The notes under the pieces were generated by a model. That model was not told the origin of the DNA. It saw nothing but the letters and a program-made list of their open reading frames with translations, and ran no database searches. This document shows positions 10,060-18,937 of a stretch of DNA of 36,224 bases, piece after piece. Location: contig QENJ01000001.1 in assembly GCA_013374505.1 (NCBI GenBank), positions 1-36,224 of the forward strand, in the 5' to 3' direction. Both the position numbers and the translations under genes were made by a program. This DNA comes from Candidatus Methanophagaceae archaeon (GTDB taxonomy: Archaea; Halobacteriota; Syntropharchaeia; Alkanophagales; Methanospirareceae). Each line of letters opens with the position of its first letter. The stretch's first letter is position 1.

Positions 10060-10515
10060 ATGAGTGGTGATAATAGTGATGAAGCGCTTTCTCCAAAACT
10101 GTATAAAAAGTTAAAGGAAACTTTGGGAGATAATTACCAGTATGCTACGCAGGTTGTAACATACGCCGAAGTACAAGGATCTGAATTTGAATACACTGGA
10201 ATGGCAGAATTTAGAGATGCACTCACTCACGTTAAACGCGCAATTGATACTGACGATGAATCTAAGGCTTTTAATGAGTTGAATAGTGCTTCCGAACATA
10301 TTCGTCGTGCTGCTGTTGAAAGCATGCAAGAATATGTAGAAGGTAAATATGCTTCTATCAAGCGTAGTAGATCATATTTGAATGTAAGAAATAGAGAACA
10401 TATCTCTAAATTGGAGAGGAAAATTAAGGAGAACATTTTTCATGGACGTAACGCTAAACCATATAAACACTGGAGAGAAGCAATAGGCTATTTTAAAGAA
10501 GCTGAAAAATACTAG
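10060..10515 (+). CDS. hypothetical charged, probably alpha-helical protein (151 aa)
   Basis: GAGGAGGGGGG lies about 20 nt upstream of the ATG. The gene starts 31 nt after the previous gene. No family recognised. Confidence 0.55.
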   Translation: MSGDNSDEALSPKLYKKLKETLGDNYQYATQVVTYAEVQGSEFEYTGMAEFRDALTHVKRAIDTDDESKAFNELNSASEHIRRAAVESMQEYVEGKYASIKRSRSYLNVRNREHISKLERKIKENIFHGRNAKPYKHWREAIGYFKEAEKY

Positions 10516-10532
10516 ATCAATTGGAGGAAGAA

Positions 10533-10628
10533 GTGCCTCCAATAGACGTACGTGTCAATCAATTGAAGCTTTTGATTTATCTCTTAATCGCAGGGGTAAC
10601 AGGGTATTTGATTGCGGCAATTGAGTAA
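10533..10628 (+). CDS. putative 31-aa single-pass membrane peptide
   Basis: Hand-translated VPPIDVRVNQLKLLIYLLIAGVTGYLIAAIE. GTG start with GGAGG 5 nt upstream. Below the track cut-off. The stop is 1 nt before the next ATG. Confidence 0.3.
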   Translation: MPPIDVRVNQLKLLIYLLIAGVTGYLIAAIE

Positions 10629-10629
10629 A

Positions 10630-10947
10630 ATGTTGCCAGATATTATTAATTTGGGGTTTTTGGGAGGACTTGTCATAAGTTTTGTTTCGTATATTGAGAC
10701 AATTACAAACGTTCAACCTGAAATGGATATAGAAACGTCTAATGAAACCGTGCAGATTTGGGAAGATATTTGGAAAACTTTTGAAATTAAACGTTTAGCC
10801 CTTTGCATTGTTCATGCACTTATTGGAGGTATATTTGTATATGTAATAAATCCCCAATCACCTCTACTCGCCTTTTATCTAGGAATGACTGCATATCCAA
10901 CAGTATCCAAATTTGCTGCAGTATTACATGTAAACAAACTTGCATGA
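10630..10947 (+). CDS. small membrane protein (about 105 aa, roughly three hydrophobic segments)
   Basis: The ATG at 10630 is preferred over the track's TTG at 10612. Hydrophobic stretches include LGFLGGLVISFVSYI and LALCIVHALIGGIFVYVI. Confidence 0.45.
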   Translation: MLPDIINLGFLGGLVISFVSYIETITNVQPEMDIETSNETVQIWEDIWKTFEIKRLALCIVHALIGGIFVYVINPQSPLLAFYLGMTAYPTVSKFAAVLHVNKLA

Positions 10948-11282
10948 CCTACTTCGCAATGCCTGCACGGTTAAACGGTGTTTTATATCTGCATGAATCC
11001 AAGAAGGTTTATACCTTATGCCTTTATCTCTACTCACATCGTTTTGCGCTCATCCCATCGCGCGCCCTCCCGCCTACGGATGCCTTTGAATTTATTTCTG
11101 TTCAAGATTTATCTTCAATTAGATTAATCATTTTTTGTCATGGGATTGCAAAAAAAAAAATGCTATTAAAACTTTAGGTGCAACTTCTTGACTTTAGGTG
11201 CAAAAGTGATTTTTAGTGCAAAGCCGCCGAGGGCGTAAAATATAATTACCAATCGGACTGGAACTTCCTGCTTGCCACGGTT

Positions 11283-11810
11283 ATGTATGACAAGGGTACT
11301 CCATCCACAAAAGGTAAGAATTTCCTGCGTTACCTAAAAGAAGATTTAGGCTTTGAAATTGACCCTCATGCTCATGAAACGCAATACAATTATGCTGATG
11401 TTCTCTACTTGATTGAAGCATTGGGGGTTTCTGTTTCTCAAACAGTGGGCGGATTTTGTGCTGCGCCCCCTGAGTCTTCAAAATTGGAATATCTCTGGGT
11501 ACCTATCACTGGCTGGATTTATCCTGACTACACATGGCAGCCGGATTTTCTTTGGGGTGACGCCACATGTCATCACATAGATGAGGACAGTCTCTGGATT
11601 TCTGGTATCTGGAAGCCACAGGATACTAAACATTTTTTGGTACATGATGAAGATGCTCCGCTGCCTTGTTTCGGTGGTTACAAAAATTCCTGGCAAATAC
11701 ATCCTACACACGAATTAAAAGCAGAGGATGGAATAATCAGATGCGATAAAATTATAGACGCAAATGGAAAGGTATATTATGATTGGATACCAGTCATTAA
11801 ACTGGAGTAA
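11283..11810 (+). CDS. hypothetical protein, possibly a 5'-truncated remnant
   Basis: 175-aa Trp/His-rich ORF (DPHAHE, WGDATCHHIDED) with no recognisable family and no convincing ribosome-binding site. Confidence 0.35.
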   Translation: MYDKGTPSTKGKNFLRYLKEDLGFEIDPHAHETQYNYADVLYLIEALGVSVSQTVGGFCAAPPESSKLEYLWVPITGWIYPDYTWQPDFLWGDATCHHIDEDSLWISGIWKPQDTKHFLVHDEDAPLPCFGGYKNSWQIHPTHELKAEDGIIRCDKIIDANGKVYYDWIPVIKLE

Positions 11811-11924
11811 CCGCTCAAGGAAGAGCTAATCCCGAAGTCGCGGGAATAGAATGTTTAGAAAAGGAATAAACATAAGAATAGAAAGGAAGAAATTAATAGC
11901 ATCAGAAGCTAATGTATAGATAGC

Positions 11925-12656
11925 ATGGGCAATAGAACAAGCGCAAAAGGCAAAACCGCTACGATATTAAGCGTTGGAAACGAGCTATTAAGCGGAGATG
12001 TTGTAGATACCAATTCCGCGTGGCTTGCAAAGAAGCTTTCAACACAGGGAGTACTCGTAGAAAAGATAATGGTGGTAGGAGATGACGTGGAAGCGATAAG
12101 CGCCGCGTTAAAAAGTTGCAATTCTGAGTTCGTGTTTGTCATGGGCGGGTTAGGACCAACGCATGACGATATAACGAGAGACGGCGTGGCAAAAGGAGTG
12201 GGTAAGAGCTTAGAAAGGAACGAAACAGCGGCGAGTGTGTTAACAGATATTTATGGGCTGAATGATTCACTATTAAGAATGGCGGACTTCCCTATAGGTT
12301 CAGAGGTTATAGCGAATCCGATAGGCGCTGCGCCCGGCTTCAGAGTTGACAACGTAATTGTTTTGCCGGGTGTGCCTAAAGAGATGAAGGCTATGTTTGA
12401 AGCTATTGCTTCGTTTTTCCGCGTTGAAAATGCGATAAGAGCAGAAAAATGGATAATGACCGATAAACCGGAAGATGAGATCTTGGATGCACTGAACGAA
12501 GCGGTAAAGATGTTTACAGACGTAAATATAGGCTCTTACCCGTACTTAAACGGTAAGGGCGATGAAAAAGGCTACAAATCGCGTATAAAACTGTTATCTA
12601 CGGACCTTGATGCACTAAAACGTGCGAAAGAATGGTTAGAGGAGAGAATATGTTAG
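11925..12656 (+). CDS. CinA N-terminal-type / MoCF-binding domain protein (COG1058-like)
   Basis: TATILSVGNELLSGDVVDTNSAWLAKKL...FVFVMGGLGPTHDDITRDGVA...LPGVPKEM is the canonical MoCF_biosynth/CinA-N pattern. Confidence 0.75.
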   Translation: MGNRTSAKGKTATILSVGNELLSGDVVDTNSAWLAKKLSTQGVLVEKIMVVGDDVEAISAALKSCNSEFVFVMGGLGPTHDDITRDGVAKGVGKSLERNETAASVLTDIYGLNDSLLRMADFPIGSEVIANPIGAAPGFRVDNVIVLPGVPKEMKAMFEAIASFFRVENAIRAEKWIMTDKPEDEILDALNEAVKMFTDVNIGSYPYLNGKGDEKGYKSRIKLLSTDLDALKRAKEWLEERIC

Positions 12657-13870
12657 AACTAGGTACTTTTAACGTAAAGGACGTACTCGTGGAGATGAAG
12701 GACCTATCGGACTCGATGTTAGACCTCGCGTATTCCGCGGTTCTGTACAGCAACCCGGAGATAGCAAAAGAGGTGTTTAAGTTAGAGGAGAGGATGCACT
12801 CGTTATTATATAAGATGCGAATAGCGATAATGTTAGGTGCGAGGAACCTGGAAGATGCGATTGAATTCTCAGGAATATTGCAGATAGCATCGGCAGCGGA
12901 GAAGATATCCAATGCCGCGGGCGATCTAGCAAAAGTAGCGGAATCTGTGGATATAACACGTTATCTCGATCGTAGTGATTTTGAAGAGGCGGTAGTAAAC
13001 GTAAAGATAACGCCCGCTTCGGTATTGAAAGATAAGACTTTGAAAGGTTTGAAGCTTGAGACAGAAACGGGCATGAGCGTATTAGCAATAAAAAAGGAGT
13101 CAAAGTGGATATATTTACCGGATGGTGATGAGAAGTTGTGCGAAGGAGATCTAGCGATTATTTCCGGGCCAACTGAGGGTATACCTGCGTTCTGTAAGAT
13201 GGCAACAGGCCAGGAGTATAAGGAAAAGGAAGAGGAGGCGGAAGATGCAGGAGAGCCAGATATTAAAAGCAAAATGGTAAGAGAAGAGATTGCGGACCTC
13301 ATAGCAGATATGAAAAACATGTCAGAGCTGATGGTGGGTCTTGCGTATTCCGCAGTCATGTTCGAGAACAAAGAGATAGCGGAGGAAGTGAAGGACATGG
13401 AAGAGTCTATGGACCGGATGAGGGATGAACTGGAGATATTGGTGATAAAAGCGGCGCGAGGCATAACGAAGAAGACTACTTTTGACGAACTCAGGGGTTT
13501 GCTGCACGTGGCTACATCATCCGAGATAATATCCGATGCCGCGTATGAGGTAGCCGATGTGGTGATTCGTGATATTCGGCTACATCCGGTTTTTTTAGCG
13601 TCTATAAAAGAATCAGATGAGGTAATTTTAAAGATGGAAGCGAAGAACACAGCCATATTTGATAAGACGCTGAAAGAATTGAGAATAGAAACACGAACCG
13701 GGATGTTTATACTTGCGATTCGGCGATTGGATGGCAAGTGGGTGTACAATCCCGCAGGCAATGCCGTGCTGAAAGCGGGCGATTTGTTAATCATGCGAGG
13801 ACCACGAGAAGGTGAAGAGAAGGTTAGGGAGATTTGCGGGTGTTATGTCACGAATGAGCAGGGCAGTTAG
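12632..13870 (+). CDS. regulatory protein with duplicated PhoU-like + TrkA-C (RCK_C) modules
   Basis: Two internally homologous halves. Each has a helical PhoU-like part (DLAYSAVLYSNPEIAKEV / GLAYSAVMFENKEIAEEV) followed by a TrkA-C beta domain (KTLKGLKLETETGMSVLAIKK / KTLKELRIETRTGMFILAIRR). Confidence 0.75.
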   Translation: MVRGENMLELGTFNVKDVLVEMKDLSDSMLDLAYSAVLYSNPEIAKEVFKLEERMHSLLYKMRIAIMLGARNLEDAIEFSGILQIASAAEKISNAAGDLAKVAESVDITRYLDRSDFEEAVVNVKITPASVLKDKTLKGLKLETETGMSVLAIKKESKWIYLPDGDEKLCEGDLAIISGPTEGIPAFCKMATGQEYKEKEEEAEDAGEPDIKSKMVREEIADLIADMKNMSELMVGLAYSAVMFENKEIAEEVKDMEESMDRMRDELEILVIKAARGITKKTTFDELRGLLHVATSSEIISDAAYEVADVVIRDIRLHPVFLASIKESDEVILKMEAKNTAIFDKTLKELRIETRTGMFILAIRRLDGKWVYNPAGNAVLKAGDLLIMRGPREGEEKVREICGCYVTNEQGS

Positions 13871-13950
13871 AAAAGGCATTATCTCGAGTTCCTAATTCTG
13901 TGGTCTAGAAAATTGCATTTTTATAAATGGAATAGATAGGATATCCAAAA

Positions 13951-15669
13951 ATGATAAACCTCGACATAGCACGGATTTTTGCAGAGATTGCCGATATATT
14001 AGAGGTGAAAGGCGCGAATACGTTCAAAATAAGAGCGTACCGGCGTGCAGTTGCGACTATTGAATCCTTACCGCAGGACTTGAAGGTAATTGCGGAACGA
14101 GGCGGCGTCAAGGAATTAAAGAAGATACCGGGTGTCGGAGACGCAATCGCAAAGAAGATAGTGGAAATAGTAGAAACCGGGGACTGCAAGAGCCATATAG
14201 AACTGAAACAGGAAGTGCCACCGAGTTTACTTGAACTATTAGCCATTCCACGTGTCGGCCCGAAAACATTAGCAAAGTTGCATGCCGAGCTTGGAATAGA
14301 TAGTATATCTGATTTAGAGGAAGCCGCAAAGTCGCATCAGTTGGAAGATCTTCCGGGATTAGGTACCAAAGTAGAAGAGAATATATTGAAAGGTATAGAG
14401 CAATACAAGCGGTATCAAGGTCGTGTATTACTTTCCAAAGCGCTACCATATGCCGAGTCAATAGTGAACGACTTGAAGAAGCTGGACGTAGTGGAAGATA
14501 TAACAATTGCGGGTAGTTTACGCAGGATGCGTGAGACTGTGGGCGATATAGACATTTTGGTAGTCTCGAATAGCCCGAAAGAAGTGATGGATACGTTCAC
14601 AAGCCTTGACGGTGTGGAAGATATAGTGGCGAAAGGCGATACGAAGTCAAGTATTGTGATACGTGGTATGGACGTGGATTTACGTGTGGTCGGTGCCGAG
14701 TCGTTTGGCGCAGCGGCTCATTATTTCACGGGTTCCAAGCATCACAACATACGAATACGCGAATTAGGCATGAAGAACGGGTTAAAGATAAACGAATACG
14801 GTATCTACAAAGGCGATGAGCGGATAGGTGGTAAAGAAGAGCTGGAAGTGTTCAAGAGCGTGGGGCTCACATATATCCCACCGGAGTTGAGAGAGGACCG
14901 TGGCGAGGTAGAAGCCGCTAAGGACGGTAAAATACCGGAACTGATTGAGATTAGCGATTTGAAAGGCGATTTGCACGTGCATACCCGCTGGAGTGACGGT
15001 AAGAACAGTATAGCGGAGATGGCGGAGGCGGCTATCGCATTGGGTTATGAGTATATCGCAGTAGCGGACCATTCGCCCGCGGTCGGCATTGCGGGTGGGA
15101 TGACTGAGGATAAGATAGCAGAGCGACAGATAGAGATCGAGATTGTGAACACGCGATTTGAGGCTGAAGGCACAGGATTCAGGGTTTTGTCCGCGGCTGA
15201 GGTAGATATAAAGTCGGATTTCTCTATGGACTATAAAGATGAGATATTGAAGGATTTGGATTTGGTTGTGGGTGCGGTGCATTCAAAATTCTCACAAGAC
15301 CGAGACACGATGACAAAACGAATTATAACTGCTATGGAGAACCCGCATGTGGATATAATCGCGCATCCCACGGGTCGTATTCTTGGAAAAAGAGAGCCGT
15401 ATGATGTGGATATGGCGCAGCTTATGGAGACAGCAAAGGCTACGGGTACTATCCTGGAACTTAATTCGTTTCCTAATCGGCTGGATTTGAAGGATGTGCA
15501 TTGTCGTATGGCAAAGGATTATGGTGTTTCAGTTGCGATTTCTACGGATTCGCATAATGCGATGCAGATGCGGGATGTGATAAGATATGGTGTGGCAACT
15601 GCACGGCGTGGCTGGCTCGAGGCTAAGGATGTGGTGAATACAAAGGTGTGGGGAGAGGTGCTGAAGTAA
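13951..15669 (+). CDS. polX: family X DNA polymerase with C-terminal PHP domain (PolX)
   Basis: HhH motifs (IPGVGDAIAKKI, PRVGPKTLAKL), the Pol-beta nucleotidyltransferase motif GSLRRMRETVGDIDILV, and the PHP domain DLHVHTRWSDG...ADHSP...HPTGR...STDSH. Confidence 0.9.
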   Translation: MINLDIARIFAEIADILEVKGANTFKIRAYRRAVATIESLPQDLKVIAERGGVKELKKIPGVGDAIAKKIVEIVETGDCKSHIELKQEVPPSLLELLAIPRVGPKTLAKLHAELGIDSISDLEEAAKSHQLEDLPGLGTKVEENILKGIEQYKRYQGRVLLSKALPYAESIVNDLKKLDVVEDITIAGSLRRMRETVGDIDILVVSNSPKEVMDTFTSLDGVEDIVAKGDTKSSIVIRGMDVDLRVVGAESFGAAAHYFTGSKHHNIRIRELGMKNGLKINEYGIYKGDERIGGKEELEVFKSVGLTYIPPELREDRGEVEAAKDGKIPELIEISDLKGDLHVHTRWSDGKNSIAEMAEAAIALGYEYIAVADHSPAVGIAGGMTEDKIAERQIEIEIVNTRFEAEGTGFRVLSAAEVDIKSDFSMDYKDEILKDLDLVVGAVHSKFSQDRDTMTKRIITAMENPHVDIIAHPTGRILGKREPYDVDMAQLMETAKATGTILELNSFPNRLDLKDVHCRMAKDYGVSVAISTDSHNAMQMRDVIRYGVATARRGWLEAKDVVNTKVWGEVLK

Positions 15670-17232
15670 TCGGACACTATTGAGTTATTATGGGCATGCC
15701 TTTGGGCAAACTAATTATTTGGAGTTCCCCAAAGTGTTTGGGCTATTGTAACCTATAATACTCGCATTGTCAAGTAAGAAAGAATTTATTATGCAGGACA
15801 ATTAAATTTATTGACGGCGATACCAGTGATATTCATACACCAGATACTCACAACAGTTGACGATATAACAATTGCGGGTAGTTTACGCAGGATGCGTGAG
15901 ACTGTGGGCGATATAGACATTTTGGTAGTCTCGAATAGCCCGAAAGAAGTGATGGATACGTTCACAAGCCTTGACGGTGTGGAAGATATAGTGGCGAAAG
16001 GCGATACGAAGTCAAGTATTGTGATACGTGGTATGGACGTGGATTTACGTGTGGTCGGTGCCGAGTCGTTTGGCGCAGCGGCTCATTATTTCACGGGTTC
16101 CAAGCATCACAACATACGAATACGCGAATTAGGCATGAAGAACGGGTTAAAGATAAACGAATACGGTATCTACAAAGGCGATGAGCGGATAGGTGGTAAA
16201 GAAGAGCTGGAAGTGTTCAAGAGCGTGGGGCTCACATATATCCCACCGGAGTTGAGAGAGGACCGTGGCGAGGTAGAAGCCGCTAAGGACGGTAAAATAC
16301 CGGAACTGATTGAGATTAGCGATTTGAAAGGCGATTTGCACGTGCATACCCGCTGGAGTGACGGTAAGAACAGTATAGCGGAGATGGCGGAGGCGGCTAT
16401 CGCATTGGGTTATGAGTATATCGCAGTAGCGGACCATTCGCCCGCGGTCGGCATTGCGGGTGGGATGACTGAGGATAAGATAGCAGAGCGACAGATAGAG
16501 ATCGAGATTGTGAACACGCGATTTGAGGCTGAAGGCACAGGATTCAGGGTTTTGTCCGCGGCTGAGGTAGATATAAAGTCGGATTTCTCTATGGACTATA
16601 AAGATGAGATATTGAAGGATTTGGATTTGGTTGTGGGTGCGGTGCATTCAAAATTCTCACAAGACCGAGACACGATGACAAAACGAATTATAACTGCTAT
16701 GGAGAACCCGCATGTGGATATAATCGCGCATCCCACGGGTCGTATTCTTGGAAAAAGAGAGCCGTATGATGTGGATATGGCGCAGCTTATGGAGACAGCA
16801 AAGGCTACGGGTACTATCCTGGAACTTAATTCGTTTCCTAATCGGCTGGATTTGAAGGATGTGCATTGTCGTATGGCAAAGGATTATGGTGTTTCAGTTG
16901 CGATTTCTACGGATTCGCATAATGCGATGCAGATGCGGGATGTGATAAGATATGGTGTGGCAACTGCACGGCGTGGCTGGCTCGAGGCTAAGGATGTGGT
17001 GAATACAAAGGTGTGGGGAGAGGTGCTGAAGTAATCGGACACTATTGAGTTATTATGGGCATGCCTTTGGGCAAACTAATTATTTGGAGTTCCCCAAAGT
17101 GTTTGGGCTATTGTAACCTATAATACTCGCATTGTCAAGTAAGAAAGAATTTATTATGCAGGACAATTAAATTTATTGACGGCGATACCAGTGATATTCA
17201 TACACCAGATACTCACAACAGTTGACGATATA
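14497..17232. repeat. head-to-tail tandem duplication, unit 1365 bp, two copies identical at every point compared
   Basis: 14503-15867 recurs at 15868-17232. GATATA is present at 14497, 15862 and 17227. The sense and antisense ORF translations of the two copies are identical. Confidence 0.9.
15811..17034 (+). CDS. chimeric ORF: symporter N-terminal leader (17 aa) fused in frame to PolX residues about 184-572 (palm/thumb + PHP)
   Basis: Product of the tandem duplication. It begins MTAIPVIFIHQILTTVD, identical to the start of the 17176 gene, then continues DITIAGSLRRMRETVGDIDILV... identical to polX. It has the same upstream 141 bp as the symporter. Expression and even the reality of this ORF are unverified. 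Confidence 0.45.
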   Translation: MTAIPVIFIHQILTTVDDITIAGSLRRMRETVGDIDILVVSNSPKEVMDTFTSLDGVEDIVAKGDTKSSIVIRGMDVDLRVVGAESFGAAAHYFTGSKHHNIRIRELGMKNGLKINEYGIYKGDERIGGKEELEVFKSVGLTYIPPELREDRGEVEAAKDGKIPELIEISDLKGDLHVHTRWSDGKNSIAEMAEAAIALGYEYIAVADHSPAVGIAGGMTEDKIAERQIEIEIVNTRFEAEGTGFRVLSAAEVDIKSDFSMDYKDEILKDLDLVVGAVHSKFSQDRDTMTKRIITAMENPHVDIIAHPTGRILGKREPYDVDMAQLMETAKATGTILELNSFPNRLDLKDVHCRMAKDYGVSVAISTDSHNAMQMRDVIRYGVATARRGWLEAKDVVNTKVWGEVLK

Positions 17233-18585
17233 GTCTGGGGCCCTTTTATGATGGCCCTGCTTATAGGGACCGGTATATACCTCACTTTCAAGTTGAAGGG
17301 CGTTCAGGCACGCAAACTGGCGTATGCCTTTCGTCTCATACTCAAACCAAAAGAAGAAGGCAGGGGTGACATATCGCCATTTCGTGCTTTGATGACTACA
17401 CTCTCGGGTACCATAGGCACAGGCAATATCGCAGGTGTTGCCACGGCAATCTCACTTGGCGGTCCAGGTGCGCTTTTCTGGATGTGGTTAACCGCCATAG
17501 TGGGAATGGCAACTAAATTCGTTGAATGTACTCTTGCACTCCATTTCAGGCAAGAACTGCCTGATGGTACCATGATCGGCGGACCATTCTATTATCTTGA
17601 ACGAGGCCTGAAGAACCCGCAATTGGGACTAGTATTGGGTATGGCGTTCGCCATCTTTGGTATCTTTTCGTCCTTTGGCATCGGCAATATGGCCCAGGCT
17701 AACTCTGTATCGCTTGCATTGAAGGATACGTTCAATATACCAGGTATTGTCACGGGCTTGGTATTGGCATTTGCGGTAGGTCTTGTCGTTATTGGCGGGA
17801 TCAAAAGATTAGGGTATGTAGCCGGGAATCTGGTGCCGTTCATGGCTGCTCTTTATATTTTTGCCGCTGTGATTGTTTTGATATTGAACTACGAGAATAT
17901 CCCGGGCGCTTTTTTGCTTATAATAGAGAGCGCTTTGTCAGGCCAGGCAGCAGTCGGCGGATTTGCTGGCGCTACAGTGGCATATGCGGTACGATTCGGA
18001 ATTGCAAGAGGCGTGTTTTCAAATGAGGCAGGCTTGGGCAGCGCTCCGATAGCTCATGCCACTGCCAAGACAAAGCACAGTGTCAGACAGGGCTTGATTG
18101 CCATGTTGGGGCCATTTATTGATACCATTGTGGTCTGTTCCCTGACCGGCCTTGTGATTGTATCCACCGGTGCATGGGAGACGGGCAAGACCAGTACCTC
18201 ATTGAGCATCTGTGCTTTCAACTCACAAATCGGATATGCCGGTGATCTGATAATAACATTAGGCATGGTGCTGTTTGCCTTTACCACCATACTGACTTGG
18301 TCGTTCTATGGCAAACAGTGTCTCGCCTATTTTGTCAAAAAAATGTCAGGGGATGTCGGATTCTACCGTGTCTTCCTCAGAGTATATTATTCGGTCTTCT
18401 TAGTGGCTATCGTCATAGGTACCAGTGTGGTGGACTTTCCAATGGCGGCTACATACCTCGTGGACATCTGGCTGTTCTCTGATATTACTAACGCTTTGAT
18501 GGCAATCCCCAACTTGATAGGGCTACTTCTGTTGAACAGGGTCGTGGTGGGTCTGCTTAAGGATTATTTCAAGTCAGGATTATAG
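17176..18585 (+). CDS. alanine/glycine:cation symporter (AGCS family)
   Basis: FRALMTTLSGTIGTGNIAGVATAISLGGPGALFWMW and SNEAGLGSAPIAHA signatures, with many TM segments. Start is the TTG at 17176 or the GTG at 17191; a stop lies immediately upstream. Confidence 0.85.
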   Translation: MTAIPVIFIHQILTTVDDIVWGPFMMALLIGTGIYLTFKLKGVQARKLAYAFRLILKPKEEGRGDISPFRALMTTLSGTIGTGNIAGVATAISLGGPGALFWMWLTAIVGMATKFVECTLALHFRQELPDGTMIGGPFYYLERGLKNPQLGLVLGMAFAIFGIFSSFGIGNMAQANSVSLALKDTFNIPGIVTGLVLAFAVGLVVIGGIKRLGYVAGNLVPFMAALYIFAAVIVLILNYENIPGAFLLIIESALSGQAAVGGFAGATVAYAVRFGIARGVFSNEAGLGSAPIAHATAKTKHSVRQGLIAMLGPFIDTIVVCSLTGLVIVSTGAWETGKTSTSLSICAFNSQIGYAGDLIITLGMVLFAFTTILTWSFYGKQCLAYFVKKMSGDVGFYRVFLRVYYSVFLVAIVIGTSVVDFPMAATYLVDIWLFSDITNALMAIPNLIGLLLLNRVVVGLLKDYFKSGL

Positions 18586-18604
18586 ATTAAACCCGCTTTC
18601 CGTA

Positions 18605-18865
18605 TTGGATATTCTCTCGGCCCCTTTTAGGGTGCAAGAAAGGATTAAAATTGATAATTGGACGCCGATGCACGCAGATAAGCCGGATTTTAGATATACG
18701 GAATTGACGGAGGCGATTATTAGACTATTCTATCGAGTTTATAATAAACAGGGTTATGGTTTTCTGGAAAAGGTTTATGAGATTGCAATGGTGATAGAAC
18801 TTAATTTTGGCACTAACCCGGAAGTTAAACGTAAGGCATTTGATTTTCTGCGTAAATCCGCGTAA
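18605..18865 (+). pseudogene. internally deleted GxxExxY-family (PD-(D/E)xK, PF13366-like) gene relic
   Basis: TEAIIRLFYRVYNKQGYGFLEKVYEIAMVIEL matches the family N-terminus including G-F-L-E-K-V-Y. The catalytic beta-strand region is missing. Imperfect inverted repeats lie at 18660 and 18866. Confidence 0.55.
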
Positions 18866-18937
18866 ATCTGCGTCCTAAATAGTTAGAACTTGTACTTTAT
18901 ACCACAAGAACAAAAACGGTAGTAGGTTAGTGGACCG

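Noticed and set aside
10803-11177. 124-aa plus-strand ORF running from inside the 10630 membrane-protein gene into the intergenic region
   Set aside because: It overlaps the better-supported frame, is Cys/Ser-rich with low complexity, and has no start context.
12961-13794. 277-aa minus-strand ORF, the longest unexplained ORF in the track
   Set aside because: It lies entirely antisense to the well-supported PhoU/TrkA-C gene. Its Ser/Ile-rich low-complexity composition is typical of a shadow frame of a Glu/Asp/Lys-rich gene. No family resemblance.
14782-16866. Duplicated 166-aa and 69-aa minus-strand ORFs (14782-15282 = 16147-16647; 15292-15501 = 16657-16866)
   Set aside because: They are antisense shadows of polX. 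They are useful only as evidence that the two duplication copies are identical.
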